Source: a virus (taxonomy: Duplodnaviria > Caudoviricetes). Taken from it: 63,593 bases of DNA. Below, in pieces: positions 39,202 through 48,666 of this stretch. Under the pieces are notes generated by a model that did no database searches, had not been told where the DNA came from, and saw only the letters and a list, made by a program, of their open reading frames with translations. Made by a program: the position numbers and the translations under genes. The stretch is from the IMG/VR virus record IMGVR_UViG_3300005581_002829, positions 1 through 63,593 of that record; one strand, given 5' to 3'. Position 1 is the first letter of the stretch; each line of letters opens with the position of its first letter.

Positions 39202-39403
39202 GATTTTTCTCCTGTTCTTCAAGCCATTCAGTTTCGCCTACATAATTGGGGGAGTTTTCTAATTGCTTATCAACTGCCCATTTAATTTCATATAATTTCT
39301 TTTTAATTTCGAATGTGGTAAATCCATCGTTATAGAGCGATCTCATTTCATGCCCCATCATTTCAATATCCCACGGCATACTATTTCTCATCATGTACCC
39401 CAA
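39182..39403 (-). CDS. Hypothetical phage protein
   Basis: YNDGFT...KKKLYEIK; coupled to queE. Confidence 0.6.
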   Translation of the reverse strand: MGYMMRNSMPWDIEMMGHEMRSLYNDGFTTFEIKKKLYEIKWAVDKQLENSPNYVGETEWLEEQEKNHGKKEN

Positions 39404-40239
39404 GCATTTTTAAATAATGGTATCTGGAGTCTATCCGAATACCTCCAACCTTTTCTCATTGCCAATTCTGCAACTGATCTATTATTAAGAGAGTACAACT
39501 GCTCAGTGCCACCGAGAGGCATAAGATAAACAGGACCACCAAACCCCGCTTTACGATAAGCATTTACTGCCTCCTCTGCCTCTTGAGCATCTTCTTCCGT
39601 TGCTACTACAAACTTTAAATAAGTATAACCAAGCATTTGATATTGCATAATAACATCTGGCTTAATAGCCACCTCCCAGGATTCTCCGGAAACTGATAAT
39701 TTAGGAGATACTGAGAATGTTAATTTAAAATACTCTCTACCAAACCTGGTCCACTCTTCGAATAGATATGTACTAAATTCTTCTAATATATCCTGTGTAC
39801 CATTTGTCTCAAAAGTTAATTCGTTTAAAGACTCCATTTTAGGATGTTCTAACAAAGCAGGATACGCTCTTTGCCAACCCAATAAAGGTTCACCTCCAGT
39901 AATTACAAGATGTTCGTCTTTCCATTCCTTGTACGGTAACGTATCCACAATAGCATCGGCAATTGCGTCAATAGATAAAACAGGGCTAAGATGCTTAAAA
40001 CGAACATCCCAAGAAGCATACGAATCACATCCAGTATGAACCAACGGCAAGTCATTATAATTTTTAAAGGACTCTGCATCAATTTTAAACCTTTCATTAC
40101 TTTGATCACCCTTTGGCATACCAAAGCCACCGCAAGTAAAATTGCAACCGAATGTTCTTAAAAAGACAGAAGGGACGCCCATATAACGTCCTTCACCCTG
40201 AATGCTATAAAATAATTCTGATATCTTAAGTTTACTCAT
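39391..40239 (-). CDS. queE: 7-carboxy-7-deazaguanine synthase QueE (radical SAM)
   Basis: ELFYSIQGEG, FLRTFGCNFTC...GCDS (long-spaced Cys motif), TGGEPL, ETNG, SPK. Confidence 0.93.
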   Translation of the reverse strand: MSKLKISELFYSIQGEGRYMGVPSVFLRTFGCNFTCGGFGMPKGDQSNERFKIDAESFKNYNDLPLVHTGCDSYASWDVRFKHLSPVLSIDAIADAIVDTLPYKEWKDEHLVITGGEPLLGWQRAYPALLEHPKMESLNELTFETNGTQDILEEFSTYLFEEWTRFGREYFKLTFSVSPKLSVSGESWEVAIKPDVIMQYQMLGYTYLKFVVATEEDAQEAEEAVNAYRKAGFGGPVYLMPLGGTEQLYSLNNRSVAELAMRKGWRYSDRLQIPLFKNAWGT

Positions 40240-40504
40240 ATATACTAGACCATTTTTTAAGTTTGGCAATTTTATTATCAGCTGCAATACTGATCTGTTC
40301 ACTGCCGACAATATTAAATTTAATACACAAATCAATCATTGCTTGTAGATCACCCAATTCTTCAGCCAGATGTTCCCTATTTGTTTTAGGTTTACCTGGC
40401 TTAAAGTTATCAATACCAAAGCGAAAACATTTTGAAATTGCTTGAGTTACTTCTGCGCATTCTTCTTGTAGAATAAGCATAATTTCTTCTTCTTTAGTTT
40501 CCAT
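40232..40504 (-). CDS. mazG: MazG-like NTP pyrophosphohydrolase
   Basis: LQEECAEV...EELGDL. Confidence 0.8.
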   Translation of the reverse strand: METKEEEIMLILQEECAEVTQAISKCFRFGIDNFKPGKPKTNREHLAEELGDLQAMIDLCIKFNIVGSEQISIAADNKIAKLKKWSSIYE

Positions 40505-40509
40505 AATAT

Positions 40510-40538
40510 ATTATAATGTATTTAGTTAAGTAAGTCAA
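40510..40538 (-). promoter_or_regulatory. Sigma70-type promoter; probably leaderless mazG transcript heading the deazaguanine cluster
   Basis: TTGACT-17 nt-TATAAT, 5 nt before the ATG, no SD. Confidence 0.7.
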
Positions 40539-41139
40539 TATTAGATTCTTCCTCTTTAGCCTTTTTCTTTCTAGCTTTGGTTTGCGCGGGAGTTTCTCGT
40601 TTTTCGGGATCTATTTGATCTAATTGAGTTTTCAAATAATCTATAAGTTGTCTGCTTGATTCCGAATCATCACTATTTTGCATTAGCGAATCAAAATCTA
40701 AATTTTCAATAATCCTATATTTAGTTGCCTGTTGTTTCTTTTCTTTTTGAATTCTTCGAATAAAAGCAAAGTAAATAATTTGTGTATAATATGCAAACGG
40801 ATTAGATGATTTTGCTGGATCAAATTTTGCAGCTGCGGTTAGACAATTTTCAATACCATCAGAAACCATATCATCTCTAAAAGTATAATTAATAAAATTA
40901 GATTTGTATGCTAAGTGTGTGGCAATTTTAATAAAGCATTCACCTATATAATGAGTAACTCTTGGTTGTTCCTCACCTTTAGCTTTTGCATCATCTATAC
41001 CTTGTTTGTATTCAATTAACGCAGCAAGGAATTTTTTATTATCTACATAGTGAGAACTTGTGGAAATTTTAGTGGATGGTTCTTGAAGTTCTTCTACTTC
41101 TTCCGATAATAAAATCGTCGTGTCTTTCGGTGTCTTCAT
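40522..41139 (-). CDS. gp55: Late transcription sigma factor gp55
   Basis: HYVDNK, IGECFIKIA, NFINYTFRDDMVSDGIENC, NPFAYYTQI. Confidence 0.97.
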   Translation of the reverse strand: MKTPKDTTILLSEEVEELQEPSTKISTSSHYVDNKKFLAALIEYKQGIDDAKAKGEEQPRVTHYIGECFIKIATHLAYKSNFINYTFRDDMVSDGIENCLTAAAKFDPAKSSNPFAYYTQIIYFAFIRRIQKEKKQQATKYRIIENLDFDSLMQNSDDSESSRQLIDYLKTQLDQIDPEKRETPAQTKARKKKAKEEESNIDLLN

Positions 41140-41548
41140 GTATATCTTCTCCTAATGCAGTTAATAATTTATCAAACAAACTTTGAGTTTCCTCATCATC
41201 TTCTTCTATAATAATAGGATCATCGTCGTCTTCTTTTTCTTTTTCTTCTTGAGTTTTTAAATACCCTATATAATTTTCTTTTAGATTATCATTAATATTT
41301 ACTGCAAGAATAATTTGCTTTGTAGAAATCTCATAAGTTTTTTCTTCAGAAAAACTAAACCATGGATACATAATATATGATTCTACTAATACTTCTCCCC
41401 TAGGAACTCTGACTGCATTTAGAACAACAGGATCCGAAACACTTATAGTATTTTTATCAAATAGATTCCTACAATCATCGTTTGTCTTACAGACTATATT
41501 ATCGCCTGTAGATAATTTTAAATATTTGTATTGAATATCTTCTGACAT
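41069..41548 (-). CDS. Conserved T4-like protein between uvsW and gp55
   Basis: LKLSTGDNIV, acidic C-terminus; synteny. Confidence 0.7.
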   Translation of the reverse strand: MSEDIQYKYLKLSTGDNIVCKTNDDCRNLFDKNTISVSDPVVLNAVRVPRGEVLVESYIMYPWFSFSEEKTYEISTKQIILAVNINDNLKENYIGYLKTQEEKEKEDDDDPIIIEEDDEETQSLFDKLLTALGEDIHEDTERHDDFIIGRSRRTSRTIH

Positions 41549-43029
41549 TAGATTGATACCTTTACCAACTTGTAGTTAAAATGTTCATCATTATAAATTT
41601 TAATTCGTTCAATCATATGTAACAAAGTATAGTTCTTTTTATTTTTCCAACTCAGATCATCTGCAATATCATATAGTTTACATGTCTTTTTAGTTTCGCT
41701 CGTTCTTAATCCTCGTCCAATAGATTGAAGATTTCTAATTCTAGATTTTGAAGGCGAAGCAAAAATAATATTATGCAGGTTTTTAATATTTATTCCTGTT
41801 GAGAAGGTTCCATACGATGCTACAATTATAGCATCATTTTCTGTTTCTGTCAATGCCCGAATTTGTTCTCGTTGTTCTGTATCTGTTCCGCCATATACAA
41901 AAAACACTTTTCTAGTGTCGCATTTTTCTGCAATCATATCATATAATATCTTACCATGCTTTTCTACATACTGAAAAAGAACCAAAGTATTGCCTTCTTG
42001 TTTTAAAGCTAAATTACGAATAAATTTATTTCTAGGTTGATATTGAACAATAAAATCCATTTCTTCTTGGTATGAATTTCCCTTTACTGCCTTTTTAATT
42101 TCATCAGTATATTGAAGGATAATATTAAATATTTCTAAGTCGGCTAACGATTTACTTTCAATTAATTTCTTAGTTGTTGTTACTTTATAAACAGGACCAA
42201 ATAAACCTTCGAGTACAAGTTTATGAGTTTTAGTGCCATCCAAAGTTCCAGTAGTACCGAATCTATAAGGAGTATGTATACATTTATTTAATATACTTGT
42301 AAGAGATTTTGCTTTAAAGTTGTGAGCTTCGTCCCCATAGATTACTTTAAAATCTGCAAAAAATGGTTTTGGTAATTTGTATAATGATTGCCATGTACTA
42401 ATAACTACATTATATTGATTCGATTTTTCATGTCCGCCGTAAATACGATGGCATTCTTCAGATGCTTTCCAATCATTAAGACCAGAATAATCTTGAAAAT
42501 CAGAGTACATTTGTTCTACAAGCGAGGTCGTAGGAACAAGAATAAGTTGACGACGGTTCCACCGTTCATTCCAACGAATCAAACAATATAGTATTAAGGA
42601 TTTACCTGAACCGGTAGGAGATAGTAATAGACGTCTACCATCATTAATTGCTTGATAAACAGCATCAATTTGATAATCTCTAATTTGCAGGGGTTGACCC
42701 TTAGATGAAAGTTTTAATCCTTCGCAGAAGTTTTTAACTATATCATAAGTAACAGCATCTGCAGTATGGATATACTTTTCATAGTCTATTACATAGTCTC
42801 GTTCTTTAGCAAAGTGTTCTAAATAACTTAAAAGACCAACATACAACTCTTTTGTGAACATAGAAAAGAGTCTGACTTTTCCATCCCACATACGAGACTT
42901 ATAAAGAGGATGAAACTTAGCGCCAGGAACTTCAAACGAAAAGTGATCGTTTAATTCTTGAGCTAATGAAGGTTCACAATCTACTTTAAGATGTACTTCA
43001 TTTATTTTAGATACATAAAGATCAGCCAT
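41548..43029 (-). CDS. uvsW: DNA helicase UvsW
   Basis: WDGK, RDYQ, SPTGSGKS, DEAH, QSIGRGLR. Confidence 0.97.
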   Translation of the reverse strand: MADLYVSKINEVHLKVDCEPSLAQELNDHFSFEVPGAKFHPLYKSRMWDGKVRLFSMFTKELYVGLLSYLEHFAKERDYVIDYEKYIHTADAVTYDIVKNFCEGLKLSSKGQPLQIRDYQIDAVYQAINDGRRLLLSPTGSGKSLILYCLIRWNERWNRRQLILVPTTSLVEQMYSDFQDYSGLNDWKASEECHRIYGGHEKSNQYNVVISTWQSLYKLPKPFFADFKVIYGDEAHNFKAKSLTSILNKCIHTPYRFGTTGTLDGTKTHKLVLEGLFGPVYKVTTTKKLIESKSLADLEIFNIILQYTDEIKKAVKGNSYQEEMDFIVQYQPRNKFIRNLALKQEGNTLVLFQYVEKHGKILYDMIAEKCDTRKVFFVYGGTDTEQREQIRALTETENDAIIVASYGTFSTGINIKNLHNIIFASPSKSRIRNLQSIGRGLRTSETKKTCKLYDIADDLSWKNKKNYTLLHMIERIKIYNDEHFNYKLVKVSI

Positions 43030-43469
43030 TACATCATGCCGTTAGTAAACTTATTCCATTCAATAGCATTTTTAATATCCCAAGTACGACTATTCAAAGA
43101 ACGAATAATTTGTTCTAATTGGTATAATACTGTTTTAAAATATTCTACCTTATCCTGTAGTAAAATAAGATCACTATCTACAGTTAGAAATTCATCCATT
43201 TCATTCTTTAAGGGTTTATTTCCTTGCCATTGTTCCCAACCTTCATCTTCCAATTCTTGCTTAGTCATTTCACCGCGGTAATACTTATATTTCATACGAC
43301 GGCAATTTAAATAATCGGATTCGGCTTTACGAAGATTGAGTCGAGTGGACGACAGATAATTTAAATACTTGGCGTGAAGGTTTGGAGTCCTTGCCGATTC
43401 ACGTCCAAGATTCATTTCATCAATTTTACAATCATCCTTCCAGGAATCTTGTAGATCTGATAATTTCAT
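43029..43469 (-). CDS. uvsY: Recombination mediator UvsY
   Basis: PNLHAKYL, YYRG, RTWDIKNAIEW. Confidence 0.95.
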   Translation of the reverse strand: MKLSDLQDSWKDDCKIDEMNLGRESARTPNLHAKYLNYLSSTRLNLRKAESDYLNCRRMKYKYYRGEMTKQELEDEGWEQWQGNKPLKNEMDEFLTVDSDLILLQDKVEYFKTVLYQLEQIIRSLNSRTWDIKNAIEWNKFTNGMM

Positions 43470-43484
43470 AATATACTATTTAAA

Positions 43485-44375
43485 TTAACCTATTTGAATA
43501 ATTTGCTGAGGATTGCCCTGGAAATTAAATGAACCATAGTGGTTCAAAGAGATTGAAGGGTCAAGCCAAATCTCGCCACCCATTTCTTGCCATCTACGGC
43601 TAAAGGTATAATCCTCAGACAAATAACGCTTATCCTTGGGATCAATCATTGTATCAAAGAATGCATAGAAATGAGGATTCAACTCTGGAGGAGTATTCAA
43701 ATCATTATTATATTTTAATTCAGGATAATGTACAATCATCTTGTCGATAACTTCGCGCTTAATCATCATGAAGCCTGTAGCTCCATCATGCAAACGAATT
43801 AGACCATTTTCGATGGCAATTTGTTTTGCATCTCGATTTAGGAATTTGAAGTTAATAGCATAATCGCTTCCATAAGAAGCAATTGCTTGGTCTGTAAGTG
43901 GTTCTTTATTCGCGGTAACACTTTCGCGAATGCGTTGCCAATTAACACCCTTCTTAGGATATGCTCCTACTGCAACTTCTTTATTATGTGCAATAAGTTT
44001 AATAACATCTTCAACCTGATATTCAATATCAGCATCAATGAACATTAAACGGGTAAAGTTGCTTTGTATGAAATAAGCAACCAACACATTACGAGCACGA
44101 GTAACAAGTGACTCATTTGCAATTGTACCAAATGCAACAGGGATTTGATGTTGATTGCAGAAAGTCAACAACCGAATAGAAGATCTGAAATATGCTTCAG
44201 TCAACTGTCCGCCGTAACATGGAGTTGCGATAAACAATCGTTCTTTGCGCAGGTCTTCCAATCTAACTTCTAACTTTTGATCTCCTGCAGGAGGAGGTGA
44301 ATCTGCCGCAGGTACTTTTGGCAAAGACGGAATAGAAGGCAGATTCATAGGTTTAATGGTTTTTTTAATGTTCAT
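43485..44375 (-). CDS. GT-A fold glycosyltransferase-like protein
   Basis: ATPCYGG, NESLVTRARN, FIDAD, TGFMMI, LSEDY. Confidence 0.8.
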   Translation of the reverse strand: MNIKKTIKPMNLPSIPSLPKVPAADSPPPAGDQKLEVRLEDLRKERLFIATPCYGGQLTEAYFRSSIRLLTFCNQHQIPVAFGTIANESLVTRARNVLVAYFIQSNFTRLMFIDADIEYQVEDVIKLIAHNKEVAVGAYPKKGVNWQRIRESVTANKEPLTDQAIASYGSDYAINFKFLNRDAKQIAIENGLIRLHDGATGFMMIKREVIDKMIVHYPELKYNNDLNTPPELNPHFYAFFDTMIDPKDKRYLSEDYTFSRRWQEMGGEIWLDPSISLNHYGSFNFQGNPQQIIQIG

Positions 44376-44392
44376 AATAACTCCAAGTTATA

Positions 44393-44980
44393 TTATAAGG
44401 GTTCTACTTCGAAAATAGTATATTTGAATGATGCTATCGCTGTAAAATATTCTACACTTTGTGACGCAATGTCAAAATCAAGAGCCTGTAATGATATAGG
44501 GAAAAGATCTTTAAATATTATATTTACTTTAGGGTTGTTTGTCGAGTCTAAAATAGTCAAAGTTGCATCCGAGTAAGCCAAAATTTCAGATTGTCCATCA
44601 GGTTTTGTCACAAAAGGAAAACTGCTAGGTCTGGTTTTAGCAAATGTCGAAAATTGATTATAATTGCTTGGGAACCCAAGAGCAATAAGCCAACGATATA
44701 ATTCTATATAATTGGACATATCTTCTGATATTAAAAATCTAATCGTAAAATCTCCGAAATTGAGTTTGTCGCCTATAGTAGGAATATCTACAAACGGGGT
44801 TGGTTGTGTTGCAAATCCTAATTGTAAATCAGGAAGATTTGCAGATTGACAAGTAAAGGAGGTATTTGGCAAATCCTTGATACCAAATTTAAAAGCATTC
44901 GGTCTAAGGAAATCATACGTTCTTTGTAAAGAATTAGACGTAGTCTCTTGAATTGTATCTATATTTCTAGTAAATGCCAT
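44393..44980 (-). CDS. gp3: Tail completion / sheath stabilizer gp3
   Basis: CQSANLP, GDKL, EDMSNY, SDATLTIL, DLFPISL. Confidence 0.9.
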   Translation of the reverse strand: MAFTRNIDTIQETTSNSLQRTYDFLRPNAFKFGIKDLPNTSFTCQSANLPDLQLGFATQPTPFVDIPTIGDKLNFGDFTIRFLISEDMSNYIELYRWLIALGFPSNYNQFSTFAKTRPSSFPFVTKPDGQSEILAYSDATLTILDSTNNPKVNIIFKDLFPISLQALDFDIASQSVEYFTAIASFKYTIFEVEPL

Positions 44981-45003
44981 TATATTCCCTTTACTCTACA
45001 TTA

Positions 45004-45011
45004 TATTTATA
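45004..45011 (-). promoter_or_regulatory. T4-type late promoter
   Basis: TATAAATA upstream of gp3. Confidence 0.75.
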
Positions 45012-45025
45012 GCCTGTGCAAAGAC

Positions 45026-45051
45026 AAAAAAGGGGGAATTTCTTCCCCCTT
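45026..45051 (-). terminator. Rho-independent terminator after gp23
   Basis: AAGGGGGAA-GAAA-TTCCCCCTT-TTTT. Confidence 0.85.
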
Positions 45052-45076
45052 AAAGTCCGATCTTAGTGTCGGTTGA

Positions 45077-46366
45077 TTACATTAGGTTAACAACCTTTGT
45101 CTTACGATAGTATTGGTTTCTGTTTGCAGTGAAGGTAGAACCATCTGCATCAGATAAGCTATCGCTAGATGTAACGTATGGGTTAGCAATTAAACCATAA
45201 CGTGTCTTGAAGCCAATCTTTGGCTGGAAGCTGTTAGGATCAATTGCACGAACCATTTGTAGAGGTACATATGGGCAATAGAACATACCTGCATCATAAG
45301 GAGAAGAACCCTTATAACCAACCATGTAGAACTGATTAGCAGTTCCTAGATTTGCAGAATATGGATCAATATAAACACGATAACGACCATTTAGAACGCC
45401 CGCGAATGTATTGCCTGTATCGTCTACATTTAAGTTTGTAGAAAGAGCTGGGGTATAGTCTAGAACACCAGACATAGCTAATGCACTTGCAACGTCTGCA
45501 GAACAAACGATGAAGTTGCCTTTTCCTCTTCTTGTGTCTTGTGCAATGTGGTTAGCATCACGTTCAATATTGAACAATAGACCTTTGAAGCGTTCTACAG
45601 ACCAACGACCATTGGAGTCAACGTCTAAGTCAAATGTACCAGCGGTTGCTGTTGCAGGTGAACCTGGCTTAGCAACTTTGTAGATTGTACGAACAACTTC
45701 GCGATTAATTTCAAACATAAATTCTTGTGAAAGAATATTTGACAATTCTGCCTCTGCGTCAAGACCGTGAATTGCTTTCAAGTCTTGTGCCAATTCAACA
45801 GTGTATTCTGCCTTCAATGCTCTGCTCTTAGCAGTAACTGTTGTCTTGTCGATAGAGAAAGACATTTCGTTAAATGTGCTAGCAGCTTCCATATTTGCTG
45901 TGGAAGTAGCATTACCGGTGGTATATGTACCAGATACTGGATTAGACCCAACCTGATTAACTGTGCCGGCGCCACCAGAGAACGAAGTATTTGCTTCGTT
46001 GAACAATGCTTCAATACGATTAGTTGTGTCTGCTCTTGTATCGCCGTAAGTTGATCTCATTGCGAAGATCAAGCCTGTTGGGCCAGTCATAGGTTGTACA
46101 CCGCAAATATCATATGCCATTAGGTTAGGCATTGCACGACGTACTAGACCAATCATAATTGGATCGTACTTGTCAATACCGCTTGTGGCATTGATGTTAT
46201 TTGCAGGGGTCTCGAATAGTGCTTGACGCTCTTCACGTAAAGCTCTTTCCTGATTCTCAAGCAACACTGCTGTTACTTGGCGCTTGTATGAATCTTTAAT
46301 GGGGGTTAGATCGGGGTGATCTAAAATTGCTGCCCATTTTTGTTGTGCATTTTCTGATAAAAACAT
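45077..46366 (-). CDS. gp23: Major capsid protein gp23
   Basis: LLENQE, GVQPMTGPTGLIFAMRS, ELAQDLKAIHGLDAE, FQPKIGFKTRYG. Confidence 0.98.
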   Translation of the reverse strand: MFLSENAQQKWAAILDHPDLTPIKDSYKRQVTAVLLENQERALREERQALFETPANNINATSGIDKYDPIMIGLVRRAMPNLMAYDICGVQPMTGPTGLIFAMRSTYGDTRADTTNRIEALFNEANTSFSGGAGTVNQVGSNPVSGTYTTGNATSTANMEAASTFNEMSFSIDKTTVTAKSRALKAEYTVELAQDLKAIHGLDAEAELSNILSQEFMFEINREVVRTIYKVAKPGSPATATAGTFDLDVDSNGRWSVERFKGLLFNIERDANHIAQDTRRGKGNFIVCSADVASALAMSGVLDYTPALSTNLNVDDTGNTFAGVLNGRYRVYIDPYSANLGTANQFYMVGYKGSSPYDAGMFYCPYVPLQMVRAIDPNSFQPKIGFKTRYGLIANPYVTSSDSLSDADGSTFTANRNQYYRKTKVVNLM

Positions 46367-46404
46367 TTAATGTCTCCTTGTTTAAATTTGGATAACTTAT
46401 TACT

Positions 46405-46412
46405 TATTTATA
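46405..46412 (-). promoter_or_regulatory. T4-type late promoter
   Basis: TATAAATA upstream of gp23. Confidence 0.8.
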
Positions 46413-46414
46413 AG

Positions 46415-47566
46415 TTATTGTCTTTTGATTGTTCTTGATAAGGCCTGTGCATAAGATGAAACAACATCGTTGCCTGAATATTCAGGTTGTGTGCCAGTTT
46501 CTTCTAGTAGAGCTTGCTTAGCTGTTTCTTTAACAACTGCCTCGCGAGGGAAATAATTTTCCTTGATAACGGAAACTTTTTCCTTGTAGATATCCGAATT
46601 ATCGAACTCCACACCTTCTAGAAGTTTTGTTAATCTGTTTACTTCAGTATCTGCTAGATCTTTAGTCATTTCTTTAATGATAAGTTTCTTTTTAAGACCT
46701 GTTACTTCAGTATACAAACCAATATTATTTTCCAACTGACTATTTAAATCGTCTTCCAACTCTGTTACTTTACCTTGTAAATCACCTATTACATCATATT
46801 TTTCTTCAGGCACTTCAATGTAATGTTCTTTGAAGAGCGCCTTGAGTCCCGACATAAAATCTTCCGCAATTTCTGTACGAAGACCATTTTCTATCGCTAA
46901 TTTATTTTCTTCCATCCAATTCTCAACTACATAGTTAAGATATGAATCGATTTTTTCTACTACGCCTTCCTTATATACATCAAATTCTTCTGCATATTTT
47001 TCTTCTAAGGACGCTGCTACTTTTTCCATTTCGTTATTTACGCGAGCAATAACTGCTGCTTCAAAAATGGATGTGGCTTTTTCTTTGAATTCTTCTGATA
47101 GGCCTTCACCAAAGATTGGAGATAAATCAATTGGCTCAATAACTGTTTCTTGAGCTTCGATTGTTTCTTCTTCAGTTTCTTCCTCTTCCGAAACAACTTC
47201 TAGATTTTCATCTGGTTCTGTTTCTTCACCGTGTTGCATATGATTGCCGGTGTTCTGAGGGATAGAAGACAAACTTTGAACAGTGGTGAAATTAGGTGCA
47301 TCCCCTACTGGACCCTTCATTGCAATAGTATTTTTAGAAATACCTTTTGCAGTAATAGATCCTTGGTTAGCATCTTTTTCATCGCGGTCATCGTGACTTG
47401 CTTCTTGAGAGTCGCCTTGCTTGGGATTACCACTATCGCCAGCATTGGCAGGTTTGATTGTGGAATCTTTTGGCTTAGTCGGTACCATTGGACCTGCTTC
47501 TTCTAAAGAAGCAGCTTTAACAGTTACGCGTTCTAGCAATTCCTTAACTTTACTTTCTACTGACAT
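46415..47566 (-). CDS. gp22: Prohead scaffold gp22
   Basis: FKEKATSIFEAAV, YLNYVVENW, LFKEHYIEVPEEK, IKENYF. Confidence 0.95.
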   Translation of the reverse strand: MSVESKVKELLERVTVKAASLEEAGPMVPTKPKDSTIKPANAGDSGNPKQGDSQEASHDDRDEKDANQGSITAKGISKNTIAMKGPVGDAPNFTTVQSLSSIPQNTGNHMQHGEETEPDENLEVVSEEEETEEETIEAQETVIEPIDLSPIFGEGLSEEFKEKATSIFEAAVIARVNNEMEKVAASLEEKYAEEFDVYKEGVVEKIDSYLNYVVENWMEENKLAIENGLRTEIAEDFMSGLKALFKEHYIEVPEEKYDVIGDLQGKVTELEDDLNSQLENNIGLYTEVTGLKKKLIIKEMTKDLADTEVNRLTKLLEGVEFDNSDIYKEKVSVIKENYFPREAVVKETAKQALLEETGTQPEYSGNDVVSSYAQALSRTIKRQ

Positions 47567-47601
47567 TAGTGTCTCCTAAATGTATGAATATACTCAATCA
47601 A

Positions 47602-47609
47602 TATTTATA
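47602..47609 (-). promoter_or_regulatory. T4-type late promoter
   Basis: TATAAATA upstream of gp22. Confidence 0.75.
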
Positions 47610-47616
47610 ATTCTAG

Positions 47617-48267
47617 TTACCTAGACAATTGATTTACAAATTGTTCAAATATTTTTAATTTAACTTCATCCAATTCCTTGGCAGAAGCCTTCTTAATTGT
47701 TTTTTGTGCAGCCTCAATTTGTGTTGCTTTCCAAATACCATTCTCACAAATCCATTCTACATTCTCCATAATGCCTTGCACAAAGGCATCGGGTGCAGAA
47801 GGATCAGCAACAATATCTACGGTTGCTAGATGAAAGTCATCTTGCACTTCGTTGATTCCGTTTGAGTTCAATTTTAACGATCCTAGACCTCTAGTTGATA
47901 CGCCCAAACGAACTTCATTTTCTATTAAGTTTTTAGCAATGATTCCCATCGGCGTATCTAAGATTTTAGCTTTGCCATATACATCGTTACCTTCCATTCT
48001 AAGGCCGGTAATTAGATGGGACACTTGATGCAAATTAATTGAAGGATTTTCGGGATGACCTAATTCCCCCAATGAACGCTTTTCACCAATCAAAGTTTGA
48101 TACTTAGTTACCTCGCGTTCCATTATACCTTTGCCGTAAGAACGGTTATTTCTATTTGGTTTTTCTGCTTGAGCAAAAATACCTTCGATAAAAATATTCT
48201 TACCGCCACCTTGTTTATCTTCTACAAGGTAGTTTAAATCCTGTGCAACTTCTTTAATTAGTCTCAT
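47617..48267 (-). CDS. gp21: Prohead protease gp21
   Basis: LGELGHP, GVSTRGLGS, DIVADPSAPDA. Confidence 0.97.
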   Translation of the reverse strand: MRLIKEVAQDLNYLVEDKQGGGKNIFIEGIFAQAEKPNRNNRSYGKGIMEREVTKYQTLIGEKRSLGELGHPENPSINLHQVSHLITGLRMEGNDVYGKAKILDTPMGIIAKNLIENEVRLGVSTRGLGSLKLNSNGINEVQDDFHLATVDIVADPSAPDAFVQGIMENVEWICENGIWKATQIEAAQKTIKKASAKELDEVKLKIFEQFVNQLSR

Positions 48268-48276
48268 TAAAATTCC

Positions 48277-48657
48277 TTACTTCTTAATTTGCTGATTAGG
48301 CTCAATATAACCTGCTGGCTTAGAAATAGTAAAATATACTAAAGAGTTCGCCGGCATCGTAACAGTAATATTAGAATTATTATTAGATGTATCTACGAAT
48401 CCCATCATTTGATTCATAGACCAGTTATCATTTCCATTAAGATACAATGTTGCTGTATTATTACGAGAAACAACAATAGGAAAAGACCCAGGGGTAGACC
48501 ACATTACACCTGTAATATTCATTTGAACATTCGGTTGATCCACAGTTTCGTCAGCAACAGCAAGATCTACACTTGTAATATTTGCTAAGCCATCCCCTAT
48601 TATTTTTACAACTGCCTGTTGTCTAACTTTTTTAAGAATTGTTCTTGTTGTTGCCAT
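48277..48657 (-). CDS. Hypothetical virion protein
   Basis: ORF in the head module between gp20 and gp21. Confidence 0.6.
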   Translation of the reverse strand: MATTRTILKKVRQQAVVKIIGDGLANITSVDLAVADETVDQPNVQMNITGVMWSTPGSFPIVVSRNNTATLYLNGNDNWSMNQMMGFVDTSNNNSNITVTMPANSLVYFTISKPAGYIEPNQQIKK

Positions 48658-48666
48658 GTGTTCCTC

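Noticed and set aside
31321-40239. Reading folE/queD/queE/TGT-like as tRNA queuosine biosynthesis
   Set aside because: No queC/queF/queA in the window, and the TGT homolog is highly divergent with no evident Zn-binding CxCxxC motif; fits phage DpdA better, though tRNA targeting is not formally excluded
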